Below are positions 36,866 through 47,824 of a DNA stretch of 64,000 nucleotides, piece by piece. Below the pieces are notes generated by a model. The model was not told the DNA's origin. It saw only the letters and a list, made by a program, of their open reading frames with translations, and did not search any database. A program made the position numbers and the translations under genes. How positions within the stretch are numbered: position 1 is the stretch's first letter; every line of letters starts with the position of its first letter. Source of the DNA: Basidiobolus meristosporus CBS 931.73 (Eukaryota > Fungi > Basidiobolomycota); the NCBI GenBank assembly GCA_002104905.1, contig MCFE01000504.1, forward strand, positions 1,505 to 65,504, written 5' to 3'.

Positions 36866-37350
36866 CTAATTCCCTCTGTAGGTGGTGTACGAGTAAGGGC
36901 TCAAAAGAAGGGGGATATGATAGTGCTCCTCGGTGTTTGTAATCTCGAAGGAGATCTTGAAAAGGGAGGGGAATTTCGGGTGAGTGAGGAACCCCTTCGC
37001 ATAACCGCTACCGCATCACTTACCTCCACGTCCGGGTAGAAGCAGCTCTTTCCTTGCCCTTGGTAGTACTTCCCGGTCCCGAAGACGACCTTGTATATGC
37101 CTACCTGGAAGTCGTAGTCGAGGGAGAGTAATTCCGGGCAGCGACCGTCTTCATTGGTGAAACTGCCCGTTGCGGTTAGTTTAGCCTCGGTTCTGCGGAC
37201 GGGATTTCAAGAGAAGTGCAGGGCTCACCTTTGGTTGAGCGCTACCCATTTCCCTTCGACCAACCTCTCGATGTTAAGTCGAACGTCTTGGGCTGGCTTT
37301 CCGATGGAGGAATCCAACACATGGGCAGTCACGGGGCTTCTGGTACGCAT
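36866..37350 (-). CDS. 5-hydroxyisourate hydrolase (transthyretin-like); complement(join(36866..36955,37024..37162,37229..37350)), 116 aa
   Basis: [47 protein letters not shown]; two GT..AG introns give a continuous frame; TATAAAT near 37470 and a probable 5' UTR intron ~37354-37409. Confidence 0.92.
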
Positions 37351-40300
37351 AAGTCCCTTTCGAAAACGAAGCAAGTCAGTCAACTGGGTCGGTTCGAACG
37401 AAGTCTAGCTCACCTACCGAGTTGCTTGGGCAGAAATCCACTAATCGTTTTGGCAGAGATTCGGGGGGATTTATATGGGATGGTGGGAGCCATCCGACTG
37501 ATAATCTCTCCATAGGGCTCGTTGATCAAGATGACAAGTGGCGGAGGGAACATCGCCTGTATACAATCCAATGAGCACCAGTCCTCCCAACCATGCCAAG
37601 CACCAAATGCCATGACATTGACCAGATATTCACAAGCCAGCCTTTGCCCGATCTTTCGTGTCTTGAAAAGCGTGAACGAGCCTTGGCAGCCGGTCGCCTC
37701 ACTAAAATCTGGCACCTACTTTCTGATTCGGCTCCATTCAGCGTAGGAAGACTGCCCGGTGCGACATTTGCTCCTCAATCGGACTTTTACCACGAAGCGG
37801 CGCACAGTGGTGATGTGGTGGAGTGAAATTCGATGGGTTGTGACCCTAATTAAATTAAGGATTCGAGTTAGGGTTGGGGGCATGGTTGAGAAATCGGCTG
37901 AGGTCACAGTAAACCAATCGACTTTATTTATCTTATACTCATTGGTGAGGGGAAGGGGGGGTTAGCGAGGCCAGAATTAAGTTAATACTATGTCCGCTTC
38001 TTCGGGGAGCCAAGTCCAAACTCCAGCGTTGCGGGCCTGGACATACGAATAGGACGGCATGGGTAGAATCACGGGCATGATTTATTATTTACTTGAAAGC
38101 AATTCAGTTTGGAACATCGGGGATCAGTGTCCCCTCGGGAGGTGTAGATAATAAATACCACATTGGACGAACAGTAATTGCGCATTCGACGAACCTAGAC
38201 CAAGGAGCGAGAAGTGACTTCAATGGACAAGAGGAAGTCGGCTGCTTGGGTGCGTGCCTACTTCCATGAAACCAACCGGAGGGCTAGTGGGCACCCTCTA
38301 AGGCCTGCCCCTTGACCTTACTTGGTCCTCTGGAGCCAAGCATCAGTATCACAGCAAATACGTTAAGGAGCAGCAGTTTGCGCGCGTGCAGAGTGAACAG
38401 CTTGGAAGGGTTCATCCTTTGGTCCAAATGATGGTTAACTTCGCTTGGGAATGATTGTACGAGCTTTGTTTAGGAATGGGGAAGTATACTGACACGCTGA
38501 AGCCTCAGAACCCTTCCCAGTACACAATGTTTAAATAGGCCAACCCAACCTCGCATGATCCCCAAGAACAGGCTCCACTCCGGAAATTTATGCACGCAGG
38601 TGAATCGCCATGCGTCTAGTCTCACTCTTCATTCCACTCACTTCACTCGCTGACTAGATGGATCCTGACGACTGCAAGTCTAAAACATCCTGGATGCAAT
38701 CCTACACTCGTCCCACATTCCTCTCCAAAACCGACTCCGAGGAAGGGATATGTGAAGATCACATACGAATCCGCGGATCCTGATGATAATGTTCCATTAC
38801 GGGCGTGTCTAGGCTTCTGCATTGCCACTCTGTGCACTGCCTAGCCCGTCGCAGGAACCAGGGTGCTCTGAGGCCACAGTGTATACAAAGGCAACTTGCT
38901 GTTCGGAGGGGAGGGATAAACAGAGAGTGAACATGGTTGGATGCGATGTGCATCACATCCTACCTTCCATTCACCCGATCGAACGCTCCGCCCGAGTGAC
39001 GGGTGATTTCTTGAGGAATCCTAGCCGTTGTTCGATTGGTTTCCCAACTGGTGCTTCGGCAAATCACAGTGTCCTCCAGATAAGACCGGCGAAGGAATTC
39101 GGATCATTTTATTCATGGGATTTCGCTTCTTACGGCAAAAAGGGTCTGGATTCCATGCTGGTGGGCGAATACCCATGTTTACTGAGCCTGATGGCAGCCA
39201 TGGTCCATGTCCAGCATCACCGGTGAGATTGGTGCTTTCCTTTACTGTGATATGCTGGCCACCAAGGTGACCCTTATGCAGTGTAGTCTGATGAAGGACT
39301 TGATTGGCACCTCGCGCAGGAGTTATTTCGGCATTGGAGTCGGCAGGGTCGAGTTGCCTGACTGGATGGAGCTCATCAGGTGGGAGGCTTGGTGCACCAG
39401 TGAGTGGAGACGTCAAGCCAAGTTTGAGCACGTTGTGTATTAATTGAATCCCATCACTGTCCCATCACCATCATATGTATGCATAACCCATAATCCATAA
39501 TCCATAATTCATATCCTATACCCTTGACCTATTCGTTCACAAGCGAGATTTTCTAAATGAGCTCAGCTGTAGGCACTGGGAGGTTTATCAGCCGGATGTA
39601 TACCAGTTCGAAGCATCGCCAGTATCCGGAGTATCCGCACGAGTTGTTTGATGTATTCGCCACCACGCAAGAATCGGCATCGGTCTCAGTTGGGTTAGGC
39701 AGAGCGCAGTAAACATGGCCTAATTTACTCGAGCCGTAATCAAGCTTTTGACCCGATCTACCTGTTTACCCTGATGCCCAATGTTGTGAATTGGGATGGT
39801 CCAACTGTCGGAGCAGTGGGTATGGGAAGCCCGATTTCCTGTTAGAGTCCTCACGTTATAGCCCGCCAGTTGAAAGAGCCTACAGCGTGCTCGGATACCC
39901 TGGCACAGCAGGGAATTGTCCAAGCTCCTCACCGTATCACCAGCCGTGATGATTAGCAGGCGGCAAGGCCCGTAGAAAGCGCTGGCGATCACTCATACAT
40001 CATTCACCCTTGAAACATCCACCGCAGATTCCGCCTATATCAACCTAGGCGGTCTCAGATGGAGAGGGATACGAGGCCCATTTACATCATTCCTACTTCA
40101 GTCGAGATTTAATTTATCTCGCCAACCCCAACCCCAACCTTAGGTCATTTGGATTACTACGCAGCAGAATCCATCCCCTTTTGGTTGCTGACGCCAAAAG
40201 GAAGTCACGATCCCTTCGACTGCTCTCTAGGTTTCCCCTTGGACGTGTGTAGACCAAGTGCAAATCCGATATACCATAGATATCTGGGGGATTATAAATA

Positions 40301-40599
40301 GACCACCAAGCCTTACGCACATGACGCATCAGCCGTGGATTCTTTTCCTCCCGAAAGCAATTGAATAATGTCCCTTTTCGAGGAGGATTCTCGATCTTGG
40401 CCCTAGATGCACCAATCAGAACGTCATTTCCATCGCAGAAAAGCTAAATTTGTTTTGACTATTTTCGGGAGGATTTTTCTCGTCGAGAGGTTTCCAAAGA
40501 ACAATCTGACGAGACCGAACCCCCCTTCAGTATGTTTATAAACAACAAGGGAGTGGACACCTCCCCTCAGAAGTCGTCCCTCCATAACTCACGCTTAAC

Positions 40600-41103
40600 A
40601 TGCATGCTAGTAGAAGGTTCCTCTTGATCAGTGCCCTCGTGGCCACAGCCATGGCTGACACTCCAGCTTCTGTCAATGCCACCGAGGTTGATCCCCGAGT
40701 GCAGTGCATGCAAGAGAGAAGTTGTGGATCCGATGTGAACTGCATTGCCCGATGCTTCAATGTACCCAGCCCAGATGATCAGGCCATTGGGGAAACATTG
40801 AAATGCGTTGCCGACTGCAAATCAGATGACATCGTCGCGGTCATCAACTGCCGCCAGCTATGTGTTGGCGAGCATTTCCAACCCACCGGAACCCCAAACA
40901 CCACGCCGACCGAGACATCCACGAGTCAAACCGGGAATCCCACCCAGTCCCAGTCCCCCTCGGGAACCCAGAGTTCGACCACCCCCAACCCTACCAACAC
41001 GAACGACGCCAGCGCCGATTCCAACTCTGGAGCGTCTGCACCCACCGTCTTCTCCGTGATCTCGTTGGCCGCAGCGTTTGCCGCACTCTCAGTGTTACTG
41101 TAA
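40600..41103 (+). CDS. Secreted, probably GPI-anchored Cys-rich, Ser/Thr-rich cell-surface protein
   Basis: Signal peptide, 8-Cys domain with VPSP, Ser/Thr/Pro stalk, SNSGAS omega-like site and hydrophobic C-terminus. Confidence 0.85.
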   Translation: MHASRRFLLISALVATAMADTPASVNATEVDPRVQCMQERSCGSDVNCIARCFNVPSPDDQAIGETLKCVADCKSDDIVAVINCRQLCVGEHFQPTGTPNTTPTETSTSQTGNPTQSQSPSGTQSSTTPNPTNTNDASADSNSGASAPTVFSVISLAAAFAALSVLL

Positions 41104-41456
41104 ATGTTTATTCCTAGTTAACTTTATACCCTCTGTCCGTCCAACTTCCACTAGTCAAGATAATGTCTCGAATCACCTCGCATCATCCCCATGGTTTGAA
41201 GTAAATAAAGAAATCCACTGTATCATCAGGAGCGGGTCCTCGGGAGGGGGGCTCGATCATGGCAATAGGGCTCGTCATTATCGGGGGGGGGAGGAAATTG
41301 GGAATATTTACTGCGTTCAATCGCCGACTTCTGTAAGGTAGTCGACGCGCAAACAATCGGATTTCGATACCTAGTGGGAAGTGGAGGTGGTGTAAATCGA
41401 GCCAGTTAATTTATATTACATGCGAGGACAGAGTGGGGAGAGACACATATGGATGG

Positions 41457-42982
41457 CTAGTGGAATGGGGCCGAGGTCAACTACATCGACAAGGTTCACC
41501 GAGGAGCGCGTGCCACATTGGGTTGAAGGAGTTGTCGACTCAGAGGACGTTATACGAATGCAGGATACGTACAGAGGCAGAACTGCCGCTGGCATCGGCG
41601 GACATCTTCGCCACATCCCCAAGCCCTTTGGTGGCCACCAGGTACTTCAGGCCATCCAAGGGGCTCGCGAACATCCCACGAGATAGCGTACTCGCACCGT
41701 TCCTGTTCAGCAACAGGTTGGAGGGCCTAGGGTTAGATGGGCCAGGGATTGGGGTGGCTGGAGCGGGCGCAGGAGGCGATGGCTCGGGCCCGTTAGAAGG
41801 AGCACGAAGCAGCTCAATGGACCTTAGCTCGTCTTGGTAGTGCTGTGGCAAGGAGGATGTCTCGAGTCTGGACTCGCTGAGGGAATGAATGGTGCTTTGA
41901 GCGTCATCAAGGAGCAGGGCATACTCGTCGATCAGAGAGGTCATCTTGGACTCCAAGTGGGACTGGCGTTTACCAAGAGAGGTGAGACTCTCTTGCATGC
42001 CGCTATGCTCATTCGCCATCTAATTCACATCCATGGGTCAGTCCATCTGCAGCAAACCAATCCGTCGGGGGCGGGCTTCACTTACCGTGACTATTTGGTC
42101 CTGAACCAGCCTCAGCTCGTTGCCAAGCTCGATGTTCTGACCCTGCTGGAGGTGCACGACGTGCTCCACCTCCTCCTGGAAAGTGAACACGCTTTCCTTG
42201 GTAAGCTCCAGGTCCTGTTCAATGAAATCTGCCGCATGGTGAGCGACTTTGGCCGATGGACGATCAAGAATGGATGGAGGAATCACCTACCGAGTCGTTT
42301 GTTAAATGTGGTGGAGGAGGACTTCGCATCACCAATCTGGTGCTGCATTGTGCTCATTTCACCCACAATGTTGTCCACCTCGGTGCGAAATTGCATGAAC
42401 TCCTCGCGGATCGCCTTCAACTCCCGGTGCATATCACGGTTGGTCTTGTTCAGGGATTTGATTCGGCTCTCGCTCTCCGACAGCTTTGTGGTGAGCAGGT
42501 CATTTTCGGAGAGCTTGTTCAACAGCAACGCCTTCTCCGCTTGTTCCTCGGTGGACTGGGCGACATGGTCATACGAGAAAGTCTGCAGCCTGGCCTCCAG
42601 CTCCTCGTTTTTCTTGGCGATGGCGAAGCCGAGGGTTGCCGCTAGGTGTAGCTCCTTTTCTTTTTCGATGACCATCTGTTTGAGCTGGTTTATGTCGTTG
42701 ATATTGTTCACTTGCTCCACCAAACTGGCTAGCACGAACTCTAGAAAACAGCAGCGCGGGAGGGGTTAGCCCTGTGTCGGAGCTGAGCTTGCCTTGACTT
42801 ACCCGAGTCGAAATACTCGCAGTCGCCCAGGATGGGTTCGAAGTTGGTACCCTTGGCTGGGGTTGGCGTGGAAGGCGTGACCTGGGATAAGCGCGGTTAA
42901 ATGGGGCCCACTCACAAGTGCCACATGCCGAAGGGCTACCTACCTGGGAGACGACTTTGGGATTTTGGTTTTTGTGACTCAT
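41457..42982 (-). CDS. Multi-exon coiled-coil protein with HAP1_N/CC1-box-like motif; 3' end 41457 or 41540
   Basis: Exons joined by canonical introns: MSHKNQNPKVVSQ / VTPSTPTP..YFDS / EFVLASL..KEKELHLAATLGFAIAKKNEEL.. / VAHHAADFIEQDL.. / MANEHSG..; long heptad-rich segments and a Pro-rich tail. Confidence 0.8.
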
Positions 42983-44754
42983 GGGCGAGGAAGGAGAGAG
43001 AGGTTACTTAAAACAAGGGTTCTGGATAGTCCCAGAGCTTCTCGAAAACAGGTGTAGCGTGGTTGGGATTGTTAGGGAGCAGGGAAATAGTCCTACTAAA
43101 GCCAGGTGAGGTTTTATTTTGGTGTACTGGGAAGCACCTAGTGGCGAAAGGAATGAGGAGAGAGGATGGAGCGGCAGATGGGGAGCTGGTGTAACGGAAG
43201 TAGTGGATTGGTTTCATTAAGCAGATGAGTGGTCTAGATTTCCTATGTCTTATTGATGACAGTCCCTACTACAAGGATTCCTGGGCTGATGTACGAAAAC
43301 AATGGAAATATACGGATGGATCCCTAGACGGCCAATACAATCAACAGTCACCGCAGGCTTGTTACCTCCTTAATGGCCAGTTCGAACGGAACAGTTGAGA
43401 ATGCATATAACAATGCAAAATCAACATCAGGTGCATCCACGCCATGATCAGCAAGAGCGGTGCATGTATCCCATCAACCAATCCTCCCACACAGCCTTTG
43501 CTGCTGGTTCCAATGTAGGGACATCATTCGGCAATGTGCCATCAGCTCAAACCTTTCCTGGATCTCGGCCACACACGAGTGCCACGTAGACCTTGATTCT
43601 GTAGCAACAAATGTGTGACTGGCCGGGTCTCTTGATCATGAATATCTCCGGTCGGTGGTGTTCTTGAGTGGGCCTGCAATCATCGGTTGAGGACTAGTGG
43701 CAGATGGGAGATGGGAGATGGGGATTTGGCAATAGTAGTTGCATGCAGAAGCCTTTACACGTGGAAATACCAAGGCCAATGGCCGCCTGCTTTGTGACAC
43801 ATCTGTTGTATTAGTAAAGCGATAGTGCATCCACCCATTTGGGCATGGATCCCACTTGCGGCAAAGACCCAACTCCATTTCTGGCCGGCAGAAGTGATTT
43901 GTCAACAGAATGTCGGGCCAAACAAGTTCTCCCGGATTGTTTGTGTACTCGTTTGCCAGCTTCGGTGTCTCGTCTAGGCCACTGCAGCTACGTTTGCCTG
44001 GAATGTGAAATGTTGATCGGCGAGGAGTTTGTGTATATACTATATCGATGTGTATACCCCACCTGGATCACACCGTTCCAATCAGGCCAATCCCCTGAGC
44101 CCAGCTATATTAGAGTGACTCCCTCGGTGTGTCTGGGAAGGAAGACGCACCAATGGGCTTGGCTAGAAGAATCGACCGAGTACTTTGGAGTGAGATCCTG
44201 GCATGTGACCGTGATGTTGGATGTACTCCACAACATGAATTTCAACACGGTTGAGGGTGACATCTAATAAATCCCAGTCGCTAATTGGGATGGCGACAGA
44301 TCAGGTGCGTCGATCAAACCATCACTGGCATTGCTTAAAACATGATACTCCGGTCACTACGAAAACCATCAACCTGGAAGATTCCTACCCTGGGAGAGCC
44401 ACAAAACAGTTCATCTTCACATGCATGGATGATTTTGGATCCAATCTCCCTGTGCAATTCCTGGCCAGGCGGTGGTAACTAGCTTGACCAGTCCCCAAGG
44501 AGTCTCATTTATTAACGCCGCAAGGTAGTCTTTCAAGTATACGTCAAGAGGTGCTTGTTGACTGATAACGTGTCATCTTCTTGATATCAAAGACCGCCAG
44601 AGGCGCCCTAATCAGTTCTATGTATACCATGTTTCCAGCTCTGTACGAGGGTCAGTTTACCCATATACCATAGCATTAAAGTCCCTGGCCTAGCCCTGGT
44701 GTGAATGAGTATTAGACAGCCTTGGCCAAAAGCTACATGTTTATTGATGTAATC

Positions 44755-46116
44755 TTAATCCACAAAGCCACGACAGCTTGGTGCCCCACAATAGCATCGA
44801 TTCTTCTCGGTTGTGCAGTTGTAGTTGAAGGTCAGTTCTTCTCCAGCCTCGATGTCTCGATTAGTGAAGAAAGCAAGTCTCTGCCATGCGCGGTCCTTGT
44901 GGTTTGCGAAGAACTGCCCCCAAGACAAAGTTAGTCCTGTGTGTTGGCTGTGGTAGGTAAACGAGACTTACGGTGATTTGATTCATGTTCCCATCACACG
45001 AATGGTTAAAAAATCTGGTTATGTTGCAATAAAACACTGCGTCCACCCTGTAAGCCATCAATTAGCGGGGAGCTTTAAAGCGGTGCTATCCGCGATTACA
45101 CTTACAGTAACATGGACGGGTCATCAGTTCCGAACTCGTCAATAGGCTCAAAGCCCATATCCAGCTTGAATAGATACACCAGTCCGGTCTTGTTGTAGAA
45201 GGATGAGCGTGCGCAAGACTCGGTCATGTCTAGTAGCTCTCCGAGATACTCCCCAATCAACTCTCCCTTCTTTATGGGCGACAGCGCTCGCACACCCCAA
45301 CCCTTGTGCTGCGTTTTGAAGACCTGAACCGGTGGATAGATGGTTACTGTGGGTAAAGCGATGGGAGGATGGGACGAAGACGTGGGAGGATTACCTCCAG
45401 GTTTGAGTGGATGTGGCTGGACTGGATGAGGCTGTTTTTACATTTCATAGGATCGCAACCACATACAGAGTTGCATTCATAAATAGGCATGGCCACCTTC
45501 AGTCGCCCGTCTTCGTAAGGGAATTCTAAAGTTGGTGCGTGAGTAGAATGATATAGGATGGGCTGTGCGGCTGGCAAGGACCTACCTCCCATCTCCTTTA
45601 GGCATGTGCACGTCTCGATATTCTGGACCAGTAGCAAATGGGTTTATACATCTGTATATATACATGCGTGTACGCTAGCCAATCCACATGCTTACCGAAC
45701 AATCGTCTTTGCAATCACAACCATACGCGAATTCTTGGTCGGGCTCGACGACCGATTTGTGAATCACGTTTTGATAAACAAACTGAAAGAGAACCGGGTA
45801 AGCCGTCCTGCCAGGCATGTGGTGCTGAGGCTAGTAAAAGAGCCAGGGATCCTTGATAGCGTACCTCCAAGTATGGGAACGGCTCGTCATCAACCTCGTT
45901 GATCACTGAGAATGGTGGGTCGGGAATGGGCTCATTTCTAGGCTCCCAAAATTCCCGAAAATCCTGGTCTATTGGCAGGTGGTGCTCATATTTCTCCAGC
46001 TCTCCTTCAATCTTCGCAAGAAGCCCATCCAATACCTGAACGTCCAGTTTGGCTTGCTCTGGGATGTCGGTGGCTTGATCCACGATAGAGCTCTTTCGGT
46101 TGGGGATCTTGCTAAC
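44755..46116 (-). CDS. SUV39/Clr4/DIM-5-family histone H3K9 methyltransferase (pre-SET, SET, post-SET); upstream exons unresolved
   Basis: SVINEVDDEPFP, GCDCKDDC, CTC, IYECNSVCGCD..CKN, KTQHKGWGVRA, GEYLGE, YLFKLD, RFFNHSCD, RLAFFTNRDIEAGEELTFNY, CYCGAPSCRG, across several GT..AG introns. Confidence 0.9.
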
Positions 46117-46421
46117 CTACGGGCGACGTAAGGGATTTAGCAGACTGGCTCAACAGGGCGACGCGTAAGGAACACCAATTCTCACAATCCGCCAACACTC
46201 GAAAACAGCGTCCGGGTGGGTGTATATGATGGCGCCCTATAAAATAGGCGAACAGCATTACAGGTCAACGAGAAAAGTGGCTCGAGGTGGATACGAAAAT
46301 TGGCATACGATGGCGTGAATTAAAGAACAGGAGAAAGTAAACTTCTTTGCATATTTGGCTATCAAGGCCCTCTCAGTATTCGAGAGGGCAGCCGCAGTAG
46401 TAGAGTCGAAGGAACTATGGC

Positions 46422-46658
46422 TTACACTAAAATAGAGGGCAATCCGTTACTAAAGTCTCCTCCCGCAAGAGCCAGCTGACTTGATCGTAAGTTCGATAGT
46501 ATGTACATGATGCTTTTCTTACTAGCTCTATGCTTGATCCATTTCTTATCTATAAAGTCGTTCTCCAGAGTTTCGTGCAGTAGCTCGTCTGGAGGATACA
46601 GCACCTCCATGAGCTTGAACCATAGATGGATTTCTCGAGGAGCTAGATGGACGGGCAT
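46422..46658 (-). CDS. Unassigned ORF, possibly an N-terminal exon of the SET gene
   Basis: Open frame with a GTAAGC donor-like site near its end; same strand, ~300 bp upstream of the SET acceptor at 46116. No recognisable domain. Confidence 0.25.
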   Translation of the reverse strand: MPVHLAPREIHLWFKLMEVLYPPDELLHETLENDFIDKKWIKHRASKKSIMYILSNLRSSQLALAGGDFSNGLPSILV

Positions 46659-46826
46659 AGCAACCGACACTAGGTTGAGAAGCTCTGCAACTGGAGATGG
46701 CCTGCTCCCGCCAGGAATCCTCTTTTTTAATGGATTCCAATTTTGGTCAGGTGGCAAATCGAATCATTCAAGTGGAGTAATAGCAACAGATCAGTTCGTA
46801 TTTTATGCATTTGTTGGTCAAGGTAT

Positions 46827-47474
46827 TTATAATGTAGGATACTCGATGGGCTTAGGGGCAGGCTTTTTAAAGATTACAGGAGTGACATGCTTATAGTGCT
46901 TCGCCAACACTTGGATGGTCTCAGGCTCCAGGTGATAAGCCTTGGAGAGTTTCTCGACAGTCCAGACCTCGGACTCGGTGTTGTATTGCTCCAACATACG
47001 GTACACATTGGATGAGGTGACTTTAGGGGCCGTTTCGTTCACTGGCTTTCCGGACCTTCTATTGTTTACGATGTTCAAGAAGTCTGAGCTCTTCAAGCAA
47101 ATCCATGTTAAACACCGGGAACACCGCACAACTCGAAGCGTGGCTACCAAATACCTTTTGGGCACCAGTCTCACTGGCGTTGGCGGACCTTTCCACACGA
47201 AGGTCAAGCTTGCTCATCAAATCGGCAGTTTGTTGATCTATCAATGGGGGTTTAATAATCATGCGGTAAATAGCCGAGCCTTAAGGGGCTCCAACAGGTG
47301 GCTGATATATGTGGGCTACCGACTTTCTTGGGTGATAAGCTGCTCCTCGGGTGCGATCTTGCTCACTTTGGCTGGATTCGTACCGACTTGGCTCTGTGGG
47401 TGAAGCTCCGTGTGTCTCACTGTACCAGGGGTTTGTGGAAAACGACGTACTACTTTTGAGCTCTGATTTCCCAT
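46827..47474 (-). CDS. NDUFAF4-like complex I assembly factor (3 exons)
   Basis: MGNQSSKVVRRF (N-myristoylation-like start), DLMSKLDLRVERS, C-terminal VYRMLEQY..VWTVEKLSKAYHLEPETIQVLAKHY resembling the UPF0240/NDUFAF4 WTxEKIA segment. Confidence 0.6.
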
Positions 47475-47824
47475 GGCTGCTTGGAATGTTGTGTAGACTA
47501 CTCGTTGAGACTGGGTTGTGCGGAAAAGCAAATCTTTCCATCAAGGCCAAGCATTTGACTGGAATTTTGCTCAATGCTGAGTGGGGCAGCAATCTCTACC
47601 ATATTCATCAATCATCTCGGTCAATTAAAATCTGGGGAGTGGGGTCCCTCAGAATCGACCGGATTCATGTCCGCCACATATATGCGATGGCAACAAAGGT
47701 GGTTCAAGTAGTCTCCATTGATTAAATCCCCATTCTTGAAATCGACTGCGTGCATGAGGGTTTAAGGATTGGTGGCTTTATTATTGATTCCGCTTATATA
47801 GATATATATGAAGGTGCGTATGGA

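Noticed and set aside
37410-37715. ORF upstream of the HIU hydrolase as a fused domain
   Set aside because: Splicing through the 37354-37409 intron is out of frame with the hydrolase, the region contains a TATAAAT box, and there is no OHCU-decarboxylase similarity; likely promoter and 5' UTR.
41834-42769. 311-aa plus-strand ORF
   Set aside because: Antisense shadow of the coiled-coil gene, which has canonical splice sites on the minus strand.
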